Shown here: positions 24,948 through 36,264 of the stretch, in pieces | Numbering within the stretch: the stretch's first letter is position 1 | How the letters are laid out: each line of letters opens with the position of its first letter | Origin: Candidatus Methylomirabilia bacterium | GTDB lineage: Bacteria > Methylomirabilota > Methylomirabilia > Methylomirabilales > 2-02-FULL-66-22 | Length of the DNA stretch: 36,264 nt | Direction: 5' to 3' | Assembly: GCA_041489335.1 (NCBI GenBank) | Contig: JBGPQZ010000002.1 | Coordinates: 1-36,264 of the forward strand | The notes under the pieces: model-generated | Told to the model about the DNA's origin: nothing | The model's input: the letters and a program-made list of their open reading frames with translations, nothing else | Database searches by the model: none | Translations under genes and position numbers: made by a program

Positions 24948-25430
24948 TTACTTCCGGGCCGACCCCGCCGGCGCGGCGCATACCGGGCCACGAAGGCCGC
25001 ACTGCTTTCTTTGGAACAACGTCGCTGCGACCGCCTCCGAGTACAGGGCTCGCAGGGCAGCGTCGAGCGTCTCGACGAACGCGTCGACAGACCCTCTGCC
25101 AGTGGGACCGAGGTTCGGGCCGATCATCGGTTCGACCTGTTTGAATCGGTCAACGGCGCGCTGAGAAAAGAGAATCTTTACGTTCGCTGTGGCGACCAGC
25201 ATGACCCTGAAGAAATCGTCGGAGGGGCGATACTCTTGGTCGTTGAGGTAGTTGTTCAGGAACTCAGCTGCGAGATCGTTTACTTGCTTGAAGACCCCGA
25301 GACGAAGTTCGCTCATCCGCTGATAGCCCCAAAAGTGGTGGTGAAGGCGTGGGGTGAGCACCAGGGTGATGAGAGTGCTGACAATGCCGATCAACGCCGG
25401 GGTAATGATGCTGGACGTCGGCACCTCCAC
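24948..25430 (-). CDS. Hypothetical small membrane-anchored protein (one N-terminal TM helix plus a helical domain)
   Basis: A lower-GC coding-like stretch: VEVPTSSIITPALIGIVSTLITLVLTP...FKQVNDLAAEFLNNYLNDQEYRPSDDFF.... Only GTG starts (25430 or 25424) are available. The upstream part of the track ORF is Arg/Ala-rich junk. Confidence 0.4.
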   Translation of the reverse strand: MEVPTSSIITPALIGIVSTLITLVLTPRLHHHFWGYQRMSELRLGVFKQVNDLAAEFLNNYLNDQEYRPSDDFFRVMLVATANVKILFSQRAVDRFKQVEPMIGPNLGPTGRGSVDAFVETLDAALRALYSEAVAATLFQRKQCGLRGPVCAAPAGSARK

Positions 25431-25649
25431 TTCATATTCCCGTAGTATTGGAGCACGGTCTAAGAGGGCGGCGGCTGAGCCGCAGGCGCGGAGGCAAGTG
25501 GGCTTACCGACGCGCGTATCGGCTCCAGCCGCGTGCTGGGCCGAGCGAGCGGCCCCATCACGCGGCGTTCCTAAGCCGCCGCCCCGATGCGCCGGCAGCG
25601 AGCGAGCCGAAGGCCGCGAGCGTCGGCGCATTGCAGAGGATTCTTAGGC

Positions 25650-25706
25650 CAGCGGTCGCGGCGAACAGCCCGGGAACGGAGGGAAACCCCCGGACCGCGA
25701 CCGGTG
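25650..25706. repeat. Long imperfect hairpin downstream of the IS91 transposase remnant
   Basis: CAGCGGTCGCGG ... CCGCGACCGGTG (11/12 match), with a nested CCCGG/CCGGG pair. It may belong to the IS91 3' non-coding end. Confidence 0.3.
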
Positions 25707-25992
25707 GGCTAGAGATCCGTTGGACAAAACCGCGGCTCAGGGGCGGCGCTATGGAGATTGAATGCGGGACAGGGAGGGGAGACTGGTCGTGCAGCGCGGT
25801 CGCGACGGCGTAACGTGCCCGTCTTGGTGATTGTGTGGGGTGATCCGCGTGCGACGACGGTCGGGGAACCCGTGGGCGAAGTCTCCCAATGCGGGCGCTG
25901 GGCGGCGTCGAAGCATGCGCAGGACAACCCGCTCCGATTGCGCGGGAAGAGTCCAGCGCCGGCAGGGTGCCATGGTGTGACGGTGCGTCGTG

Positions 25993-26902
25993 TCATCGGG
26001 TCCCTCCGCGGGGCGGCGCGCGACCGGCCGGGGGCAGCGTTGCGACCCACACCATCTGACCGTGCTGACGGACCGGACACGCGCGCAGGGAGACCCCGGT
26101 GAGCGCCTCGTAGACGTCCCGGTAGTCGCGGCGAGGGGTGGGCGGCGGGAAGACGGGCGTGCACACGCCCAGCAAGTGCCGGCAACGGGCCAGCTTCGTC
26201 ACGCGGACGCGGTTGCCGAGAAAGCCGTAGTGGCGGATGCGGTGGAACCCATCGGGGAGGACATGGAGCAGGAAGCGCCGGATGAATTCGGCGGCGTCCA
26301 GCGTCATCGTCTTCTGGCGGTCGTGATGCCGGTAGTCCTTCCAGCGGAAGCGGACCTGACCATCGTCGATGTTCAACAAACGGTTGTTGGCGATGGCGAC
26401 GCGGTGGGTGTACCGGCCCAGGTAGTCGAGGACCTGCTCCGGCCCACCGAACGGGGGCTTGGCGTAGACCACCCACTCGGCCTGGCGGAGGGGCGCCAGA
26501 GCCTGCGCGAAGGCGTCGGGGTCCCGGAGGGCCTCGAGCGCAGCGACGAAGTGGAGCTGGCCGGTCGCGAACGCGGCCTGCAGCTGCGCGAGGAACGGGC
26601 GCCGGAAGAGGCGGGAGAGCACGCGCACGGGGAGGAAGAATCCCGGCCGGCAGGCGATCCGCCGGGTCCCGTCCAAGGCCAGCGCCCCGCCCGGCACCAC
26701 GCAGTGGACGTGGGGGTGGTGGCACAGGGTCTGTCCCCACGTGCGGAGCACGGCAATGAAGCCGAGCTCGGCGCCGAGATGCTTGGGATCGGCGGCGATG
26801 GTGCGTAAGGTCTCCGCGGTCGCGCGGAAGAGGATGTTGTACAGCACGGCCTTGTTCTGATAGGCGATCGCGGCGATCTCCTCGGGGACGGTGAAGCGAC
26901 CG
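25993..26902 (-). pseudogene. IS91-family (Y2 HUH, rolling-circle) transposase, 5'-truncated
   Basis: FTVPEEIAAIAYQNKAVLYNILF, HPHVHCVVPGG, YLGRYTHRVAIANNRL and HRIRHYGFLGNR. The N-terminal ~100+ aa (Zn-binding domain) are missing, and the frame runs directly into the repeat at 26903. Confidence 0.8.
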
Positions 26903-26928
26903 TAGGGGACGTAGCACGGTTATCACGG

Positions 26929-26933
<5 letters not shown>
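26903..26933. repeat. Left terminal inverted repeat of element B (contains the tandem 9-mer CACGGTTAT x2)
   Basis: Read directly from the sequence. The TAA stop of the transposase-like ORF (26929-26931) lies inside it. Confidence 0.85.
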
Positions 26934-30105
<3,172 letters not shown>

Positions 30106-30366
30106 CACATGGCAGCCGGGCGCTTGGGTGATTCGGCCATCACGCGGCTCGCGGGGGCAGCGGCCCTCACCAATTCACAGCTCCACAACTCCACTGATTC
30201 AGGATGCCCCGGGTCGCCCAAGTGCCGAATCGTCGGACCGCTCCCGTGTGCGGGATTGACTTTCGGGGATCTTTCCGCCATCCTAGCCTCGCTCCGGACG
30301 TCGCTGTCACATCGCTACTCTGCAAGAGACACCGCTCATGCGCTCGCTGCGCGAAGAGATCGCAGG

Positions 30367-31266
30367 GTGAAGGCTATCCGGTACCGCACCATCCTCTGGC
30401 TGTTGCTTCTCGCCCTGCTTTTCCCATGCCCCCTGGCGGCCGGCACGACCGAGGTCTTGGTGCTCGGCAAGGACACGATCATCCGGGAGCGGCCGCGCGC
30501 CTCCGCGAAGCCCGTCAAGACCGCGAACCCCGGAGAGACCTACGAGATCCTCGGGCGGCGGTCCGGCAATCCCCTGTACGTGTTCGACGAGCGGGGGGAC
30601 CTGTGGGTGCGAATCCGCGTTGGCGAAGAGGGGGTGGGCTTCGTCCGGACCGATCTCGCGGCGGTGGCGCGCGAGGAGTACCGCTCCCCACGCGGGAACC
30701 CGCTCCTGATCGTGAACTTGCGGCCCACCGCGGAGGGAGCGGTTTCGCGGGAACTCTGGGTGGTCCAGGAAGACTGGCGGCGGACGCGCTGGCTGGGCTC
30801 CATCGAGGGTCACCCCGTCTGGTCGAGCCGCGGCGACTGGTTCATCTGTCAGATGGACTCGGAGCGCCCCATCAAGGACCAGACCATGGACCGCACCATC
30901 GAGCGGATCGAGCGGTTCTCGCCCGACGGCCGCACGCGCACCGTCCTGGCGGCGGGCTCCTATCCCGTGCCGAACGAGGCCCAGGGCGAGGTGTACTTCT
31001 ACCGGGACGTGGACGAGCGCGGGGATCCTGTCCCGCCCGGCCTGTTCGCCGTGAACGTGAATGGAACCAACCTGCGGCCGGTGTTCCTCTTGCCGGAGCG
31101 CTACCGGTTCTGGAAAGAGGAGGGCGACTACTTCGTCCAGGCGCCCGCGCCGGTCCTGAACGCGTCAGCCGGCCGCATCGCCCTGTACGCCTACGAGCAG
31201 AACGGCGTGCGCGCGCGCATCACGGTGGGCCTGGACGGCCAGTTCCTGGAGATGCGCCGCGACTGA
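30367..31266 (+). CDS. Secreted hypothetical protein with an SH3b-like N-terminal region and PD40/beta-propeller-like C-terminal region
   Basis: Signal-like ILWLLLLALLFPCPLAAG, then IRERPRASAKPVKTANPGETYEILG and FSPDGRTRTVLAAG. The start (GTG at 30367) is uncertain. Confidence 0.6.
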   Translation: MKAIRYRTILWLLLLALLFPCPLAAGTTEVLVLGKDTIIRERPRASAKPVKTANPGETYEILGRRSGNPLYVFDERGDLWVRIRVGEEGVGFVRTDLAAVAREEYRSPRGNPLLIVNLRPTAEGAVSRELWVVQEDWRRTRWLGSIEGHPVWSSRGDWFICQMDSERPIKDQTMDRTIERIERFSPDGRTRTVLAAGSYPVPNEAQGEVYFYRDVDERGDPVPPGLFAVNVNGTNLRPVFLLPERYRFWKEEGDYFVQAPAPVLNASAGRIALYAYEQNGVRARITVGLDGQFLEMRRD

Positions 31267-31295
31267 GCGCGGCGAGCCTGGAGCCACGAGCCGCG

Positions 31296-32567
31296 ATGAC
31301 AGATTCTTTTTTCCCCCGCACATGGCGACCGCTCGCCCCGGCGCTGGTCGCTCTCCTGCTGGCGGCAGGCGTAACGATGGCTGGCGGTTCGGCCTGGGCA
31401 GGGGCCGCAGCGCTGCCGGCCGAGATCACGAAGCACTTCACGCCCGAGGACGTGGCGCGCGGGCAGGCCTACATGCAGGGGCGTTACTGGCTCTTCCTCG
31501 GCGGAACGGTCCTCCGGCTCGCGTTCCTGGCCCTCCTGGTCGCCACGCCCGCCTCGGCCGCCCTGCGGAGCCTGGCCGTGCGCCTGGCGCCGGCCCATCC
31601 CGCGGTGGCCGTGGCGCTGTATGTGGCCTCCCTGATCTTGCTCTCGGAACTCCTCCTGCTTCCGCTCGGCTACTACGCGGGCTTCGTCCGCGAGCACGCC
31701 TTCGGCCTCTCGACGCAGACGGCCGGTGCCTGGCTCTTCGACCGGCTCAAGGCCATCCTGGTCTCCCTCGCCCTGGGCGTGCCCGCAGGGTCGGTCCTGG
31801 TCCTGCTCTGGCGCCGCTACCCGGGCCACTGGGTCGCGCCGGCGTGGATTCTTTCGGCTGCGCTCACGATCCTGCTCGTGGCGCTGGCCCCCGTGGTGAT
31901 CGATCCGCTCTTCAACACCATCCGCCCCGTGGAGGATCCCACGCTCCGCCAGCGCGTCCTCCGCCTCGCGGAGCGGGCCGGGATCCCGGTGGACGAGGTC
32001 TACACGACCGACGCCAGCCGCCGCACGCGCAAGGGAAACGCCTACTTCACGGGTCTCGGCGCCACCAAGCGGATCGTGCTGTACGACACCCTGGTGGCGC
32101 AGAGCGACCCGGGGGCGGTGGACCTGGTCGTGGCCCACGAACTGGCCCACTGGAAGCACGCCCACATCTGGAAGGGGATCGAGCTCAGCCTGCTGGGCAC
32201 CGGCATCCTCCTGGCGTGCGGCGCCCGCGTCCTCGCCTGGGCAGGGGGCCGCGGCGCCTTTCACCTGGCCGGACCCGCGGACGTGGCCGGGCTCCCGCTG
32301 TTCCTGCTCGCGCTCCTGGTCCTGAGTCTCACGGGTCTCCCCATCCAGAATGCCATCTCGCGCCACTTCGAGCGGGAGGCCGACCGGACGTCCCTGGACG
32401 TGACGCAGGACCCGGCGGCCTTCATCCGGGCCGAGGTGAACCTGGCCAGGTCCAACCTGGCCGACCTCGCCCCCTCGCCCTTCGTGGTGGGGCTCCTCTC
32501 CACCCATCCGCCCGTGGCCGAACGCATCCGCATGGCCGAGACCTTCTGTCCGGCCGAACGGCGCTAG
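31296..32567 (+). CDS. M48 family metallopeptidase (Ste24 / CAAX-protease-like, multi-TM)
   Basis: HELAHWKH zinc motif, several TM segments, and the C-terminal STHPPVAERI typical of M48. The start is at the ATG at 31296. Confidence 0.88.
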   Translation: MTDSFFPRTWRPLAPALVALLLAAGVTMAGGSAWAGAAALPAEITKHFTPEDVARGQAYMQGRYWLFLGGTVLRLAFLALLVATPASAALRSLAVRLAPAHPAVAVALYVASLILLSELLLLPLGYYAGFVREHAFGLSTQTAGAWLFDRLKAILVSLALGVPAGSVLVLLWRRYPGHWVAPAWILSAALTILLVALAPVVIDPLFNTIRPVEDPTLRQRVLRLAERAGIPVDEVYTTDASRRTRKGNAYFTGLGATKRIVLYDTLVAQSDPGAVDLVVAHELAHWKHAHIWKGIELSLLGTGILLACGARVLAWAGGRGAFHLAGPADVAGLPLFLLALLVLSLTGLPIQNAISRHFEREADRTSLDVTQDPAAFIRAEVNLARSNLADLAPSPFVVGLLSTHPPVAERIRMAETFCPAERR

Positions 32568-32650
32568 GACTGGCGATTCCCTCGACGTTGTGATATGAGA
32601 ATGAGCGGTTGGGTCGGCTGCGAAACACCTTCTGCGTGCGGAGGCATCCC

Positions 32651-33598
32651 ATGAAGATTCGCTGGACGTTGTGCGGAGTGCTGGCCCTCCTGCTGCTCTC
32701 CTTCGGCGCGGCGTGGGCCCAGGACAGCCTGGTCGTCTACTCGAGCGTGGACGAGGAGAACGCCAAGAAGCTTCTGGACGCTTTCAGCAAGGCCACGGGG
32801 GTGAAGGTCCGCTTCACGTTCCTCTCCTCCGGCCCGGCGGTGGCCCGGATCGAGGCGGAGAAGGGGAACCCGCAGGCGGATCTCTGGTACGGCGCCCCCA
32901 GCGAGAACCACGTGGTCCTCAAGGAGAAGGGCCTCTCCCAGCCCTACGTGTCCCCCAACGCGAAGGAGTTGGCGGCCAAGTTCAAGGACCCGGAAGGCTC
33001 CTGGACCTCCTTCTACATGAACCCGCTGGGCTTCGCCTCCAATCTCAACACGCTGAAGCAGAAGGGGGCCGATCCGCCCACCTCCTGGGCGGATCTCCTG
33101 AAGCCCGAGTTCAAGGCCCAGGTCCAGGTCCCCAGTCCGCAGACCTCGGGCACCGGCTACAACATGGTGGCCGCCCTGGTCATGGTCATGGGCGAGGACA
33201 AGACTTTCGACTACCTGAAGAAGCTGCACCCCAGCATCCAGACCTACACCCAGAGCGGCACGGCGCCGTCCAAGGCCGCGGCCATCGGCCAGGCGGGCGT
33301 GGGCATCCAGTTCATGCCGGCCTTCCTTCAGCTCATCGAGGAGGGGTATCCCCTGAAGATCACGTTCCCCAAGGAGGGCGTGGGCTTCGAGGCCCCAGCC
33401 ATCTCGATCCCCGGGCAGAACGCCATCACCGACGCCAAGACCTTCTTCTTCCCCGTCCATGCGAAGGCCAACCTGGCCAAGGGCCTGCCCGCCTTCAACG
33501 AGATCCCGACCATCAACTACGATGCGATCTGGGCGGGCAAGGAGAAGAAGCGGCTGGTGGATCGCTGGATCAACGAAGTCCTGCGGGCCCCCAAGTAA
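32651..33598 (+). CDS. ABC transporter periplasmic substrate-binding protein, Fe(III)/AfuA-FbpA-like family
   Basis: Signal peptide MKIRWTLCGVLALLLLSFGAAWA, then LVVYSSVDEENAKKLLDAFSKATGVKV and ADLWYGAP. Confidence 0.85.
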   Translation: MKIRWTLCGVLALLLLSFGAAWAQDSLVVYSSVDEENAKKLLDAFSKATGVKVRFTFLSSGPAVARIEAEKGNPQADLWYGAPSENHVVLKEKGLSQPYVSPNAKELAAKFKDPEGSWTSFYMNPLGFASNLNTLKQKGADPPTSWADLLKPEFKAQVQVPSPQTSGTGYNMVAALVMVMGEDKTFDYLKKLHPSIQTYTQSGTAPSKAAAIGQAGVGIQFMPAFLQLIEEGYPLKITFPKEGVGFEAPAISIPGQNAITDAKTFFFPVHAKANLAKGLPAFNEIPTINYDAIWAGKEKKRLVDRWINEVLRAPK

Positions 33599-33601
33599 CC
33601 G

Positions 33602-35302
33602 GTGGCGCCCGTGGCGGCCGCCCGCTGGTGGGGCGAGACGGTCCGCGACCTGCGCCGGTTGCGCGGCGAACCGATCCTCGCGCTGGCCATCGCGGGCATC
33701 TTCGTCCTCCTCTTCCTCTTCATCCTGTACCCGCTGGTGCGGGTGCTCACGGCCAGCCTGTTTCCGGACGGGACCTTAACCCTCCGCCTCTACCGCGAGC
33801 AGCTGGGCAGCTGGTTCATCCGGCAGGCCTTCGTCAACAGCGTGGCCATGGGCGTCCTCACCGCACTGGGGGGCACGGCGGTCGGGTTTCTCTTCGCCTT
33901 CACGCTCACCCGGACCGACATCCCGGGCAAGCGGTTCCTCACGGTGGCGGCCATCCTGCCCATCATCTCGCCCCCCTTCGTGAGCGCCCTGTCCATCATC
34001 CTGCTCTTCGGGAACAACGGCCTGATCACGCGCCAGCTCCTCGGCCTGCAGGAGTTCGCCATCTACGGCTTCCGCGGCCTGCTCTTGTCCCAGATCTTCA
34101 CCTTCTTCCCCGTGGCCTACCTCACGCTGGTCGGCATCCTGGAGTCGCTGGGCGGAACGCTGGAGGACGCGGCCATGAACCTGGGGGCCACGCGCTGGAA
34201 GGCCTTCCGGCGCGTCACGCTGCCGCTCTGCGTCCCGGGGGTCGCGTCTGCCCTCCTGGTCCTCTTCATCGAGTCCATCGCCGACTTCGGCAACCCGCTC
34301 ATCCTGGGGGGCAGCGGCTTCCCGGTCCTCTCGGTCCAGGTGTATCTGCAGGTAACGGGAATGTATGACCTCCCGGGCGGGGCCGCGCTGGCGGTGGTCC
34401 TGCTCATCCCGTCGGTCACCGCCTTCCTGGTCCAGCGCTACTGGATCGCGCGGAAGCGCTACGTCACGGTCACGGGCAAGCCCACCCGCGCCGTCATCCG
34501 GGCCGTGAGCCCAATCATGCAGTGGCTCCTGTTTGCGGCCTGCGCGGCCGTGGCCGCCTTCGTCCTCCTCTTCTACGCCACCATCCTGGTGGGCGCCTTC
34601 TCGCGCGCCTGGGGGGTCGACCACAGCTTCACCCTGCGGAACTTCGGCTACGTCTTCGGCGTCGGGGCCCAGGCCATCAAGGATACGCTGCTCATCGCCG
34701 TGACCTCGAGTCCCCTGGCGGGAGTCCTGGGGATGGCCATCGCCTTCCTGGTCATGCGCCGGCGCTTCCCCGGCCGGCAGGCCCTGGAGTTCATCTCGAT
34801 CCTGAATTTTGCCGTGCCCGGCACCGTCATCGGCATCGGTTACATCCTGGCCTTCAACCAACGGCCGCTCCTCCTGACCGGGACGATGCTCATCCTGGTG
34901 GCCAATTTCCTGTTCCGCTACATCCCGGTGGGGATCCAGTCGGGGATGGCGGGGCTCCGGCAGATCGATCCGGCCATCGAGGAGGCCGCCACCAACCTGG
35001 GCGCCTCCACGCAGGTCACGTTCCGGCGGGTGACGCTGCCGCTCCTGGTCCCGGCCTTCTTCTCCGGCCTGGTCTTCTCCTTCGTCCGCGCCATGACCGC
35101 CATCAGCGCGGCCATCTTCCTGGTCTCGGCCGACTGGAACCTGATGACCGTCCAGATCCTCTCCCAGACCGAGGCGGGCCGCCTCGGGGCCGCGGCGGCC
35201 TTCAGTGTCCTCCTGATCCTGATCATCATGGTGGCCATCGGCCTCATCCGTCTGATCCTCGGCCAACTCTTCGAGTACCGCTACGAGGCCGCCTTCGGAT
35301 GA
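33602..35302 (+). CDS. ABC transporter permease, duplicated (two-module) FbpB/AfuB-like
   Basis: 566 aa with about 12 TM segments and two EAA-like loops (LEDAAMNLGATRWKAFRRVTLPL and IEEAATNLGASTQVTFRRVTLPL). The GTG start is 4 nt after the SBP stop. Confidence 0.88.
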   Translation: MAPVAAARWWGETVRDLRRLRGEPILALAIAGIFVLLFLFILYPLVRVLTASLFPDGTLTLRLYREQLGSWFIRQAFVNSVAMGVLTALGGTAVGFLFAFTLTRTDIPGKRFLTVAAILPIISPPFVSALSIILLFGNNGLITRQLLGLQEFAIYGFRGLLLSQIFTFFPVAYLTLVGILESLGGTLEDAAMNLGATRWKAFRRVTLPLCVPGVASALLVLFIESIADFGNPLILGGSGFPVLSVQVYLQVTGMYDLPGGAALAVVLLIPSVTAFLVQRYWIARKRYVTVTGKPTRAVIRAVSPIMQWLLFAACAAVAAFVLLFYATILVGAFSRAWGVDHSFTLRNFGYVFGVGAQAIKDTLLIAVTSSPLAGVLGMAIAFLVMRRRFPGRQALEFISILNFAVPGTVIGIGYILAFNQRPLLLTGTMLILVANFLFRYIPVGIQSGMAGLRQIDPAIEEAATNLGASTQVTFRRVTLPLLVPAFFSGLVFSFVRAMTAISAAIFLVSADWNLMTVQILSQTEAGRLGAAAAFSVLLILIIMVAIGLIRLILGQLFEYRYEAAFG

Positions 35303-35313
35303 GACACGACGGG

Positions 35314-35397
35314 ATCCGCAGATTCACGCAGAGTTCGCGGAGAGCGCCCGCGCCGAATTGATCTGCGTAATCTGCGGATATTTTGGTTCTTTCTTTC
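35314..35397 (+). terminator. Intra-operon terminator/attenuator-like hairpin followed by a T-rich tail
   Basis: ATCCGCAGATTCACGCAGA (35314-35332) pairs with TCTGCGTAATCTGCGGAT (35362-35379): 18 bp with one bulge. The tail is ATTTTGGTTCTTTCTTTC. The spacer is locally low in GC. Confidence 0.4.
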
Positions 35398-35412
35398 GGG
35401 GGCGGGTGAGCG

Positions 35413-36264
35413 ATGAGTGTGGTGCTGGAAGACGTGCGGAAGGTGTTCGCGGACCCGGAGCGGCCGGAGCGCGCCGTGACGGCCGTGGACGGGATCAGCC
35501 TGGAGATCAGGGACGGGGAGATGGTCACGCTCCTCGGCCCGTCGGGCTGCGGCAAGACGACGGCCCTGCGCATCATCGCCGGCTTCGAGACCCCGACCTC
35601 CGGCCGCGTCCTCATCGCCGGCGAGGACGTCAGCCACCTGCCGCCTCATGTCCGCAACACCGCCATGGTCTTCCAGAGTTATGCCATCTTCCCGCACCTT
35701 TCCGTGGCGGGGAACGTGGCCTTCGGCCTGGAGATGCGGGGCCTCCCGAAGGGCAAGATCGCCTCCCGCGTCGCGGAGATCCTGGATCTCGTGGAACTCG
35801 CCGGCCTGGAGCACCGGTCACCGGAGCAACTCTCCGGCGGGCAGCAGCAGCGGGTGGCCCTGGCGCGCGCCATCATCACGGAGCCGCGCGTCCTCCTCTT
35901 CGACGAGCCCCTCTCCAACCTGGACGCCAAGCTCCGCGAGCAGATGCGGGGCGAGGTGCGGAAGCTGCAGCGGCGGCTCCGCATCACCAGCGTGTACGTG
36001 ACCCACGACCAGGCCGAGGCCATGGCCCTCTCGGATCGCGTCGTGGTGATGCGGTCGGGCCGCGTCCAGCAGGTGGGCTCGCCTTTGGAGATCTATGCGC
36101 GCCCGGCCAACCGCTTCGTGGCCGACTTCATCGGGCGCGTCAACTTCCTGGAGGGGCGCGTGGTCTCGTGCGGGGCCGACCGGGTCCGCCTCACGGTTCG
36201 CGGACGCGTGCTGGAGCTGCCGTCGCCCGAGAGCGCCGGGTACCCACCTGCAGGTGGGTACCCG
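35413..36264 (+). CDS. ABC transporter ATP-binding protein (FbpC/PotA-like), 3' end beyond the window
   Basis: Hand-translated because it is not in the ORF track. MSVVLEDVRKVF..., Walker A GPSGCGKTT, Q-loop MVFQSYAIFPH, signature LSGGQQQRVALARAI, Walker B LLFDEPLSNLD, H-loop VTHDQ, then a TOBE-like tail. Confidence 0.9.
   Translation, partial: MSVVLEDVRKVFADPERPERAVTAVDGISLEIRDGEMVTLLGPSGCGKTTALRIIAGFETPTSGRVLIAGEDVSHLPPHVRNTAMVFQSYAIFPHLSVAGNVAFGLEMRGLPKGKIASRVAEILDLVELAGLEHRSPEQLSGGQQQRVALARAIITEPRVLLFDEPLSNLDAKLREQMRGEVRKLQRRLRITSVYVTHDQAEAMALSDRVVVMRSGRVQQVGSPLEIYARPANRFVADFIGRVNFLEGRVVSCGADRVRLTVRGRVLELPSPESAGYPPAGGYP
36237..36264. repeat. Perfect 28-nt palindrome at the window end
   Basis: CGGGTACCCACCTGCAGGTGGGTACCCG is its own reverse complement, centred on CCTGCAGG and flanked by GGTACC on each side. 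Confidence 0.8.

Noticed and set aside
30109-30366. An 86-aa N-terminal extension of the secreted-protein ORF starting at the ATG at 30109, immediately after the ligA stop.
   Set aside because: The extension has no signal peptide or coding-like composition. The hydrophobic signal-like segment begins right after the GTG at 30367. The start remains uncertain, so the confidence of the gene model was lowered rather than extending it.
32589-32606. The AT-rich GTGATATGAGAATGAGCG upstream of the Fe(III)-type SBP gene as a Fur box.
   Set aside because: It is not palindromic and matches the GATAAT hexamer array only weakly. It is too degenerate to call without a genome-specific Fur motif.

Overview
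This is a 36.3 kb window from a high-GC bacterial chromosome, roughly two-thirds G+C by eye. Long alternate-frame ORFs in the track are therefore mostly artefacts.

Solid core blocks:
- The 5' end of a CofG-type FO synthase gene (minus strand, runs off the left edge).
- An SDR gene followed by a three-gene archaeal-type glutamate-synthase-like operon (403-6610, minus).
- A MaoC dehydratase and an idonate-dehydrogenase-like Zn-ADH.
- A 7-gene operon on the minus strand (11766-19102): family-5 SBP, DppBCDF-type ABC transporter, C45 hydrolase and an RraA-like aldolase.
- ligA, a PD40/SH3-like secreted protein and an M48 protease (28096-32567, plus).
- An Fe(III)/polyamine-type ABC importer whose ATPase gene (35413 onward) is missing from the ORF track because it runs off the right edge.

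These blocks are separated by two decayed zones rich in mobile elements, at about 8.8-11.75 kb and 19.3-28.03 kb.

The most unusual content is two diverged copies of a compact ~1.1 kb unit (9039-10129 and 26903-28026). Each encodes a Y1 HUH (RAYT/IS200-like) nuclease fused to a DnaA-domain-IV-like HTH. Each is bounded by terminal inverted repeats sharing a (G)TAGGGGACGT outer core, and each directly abuts IS91-family debris.

Other notable items:
- Two ~180-200 bp direct repeats that look like IS91-type 3' termini. They bracket a 1.15 kb module made of a low-GC cupin gene plus a beheaded histidine kinase and a truncated NtrC-type receiver.
- Several gene remnants: a dioxygenase tail, a ceramidase-like core, and a D-Ala-D-Ala carboxypeptidase with an internal deletion.
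- An orphan pseudopilin in a low-GC islet.
- An uncharacterised Cys-rich 4Fe-4S / membrane hexapeptide-repeat / TM-protein cluster.

I saw no CRISPR array, tRNA or rRNA. All family assignments come from motif recognition by eye, not from searches.
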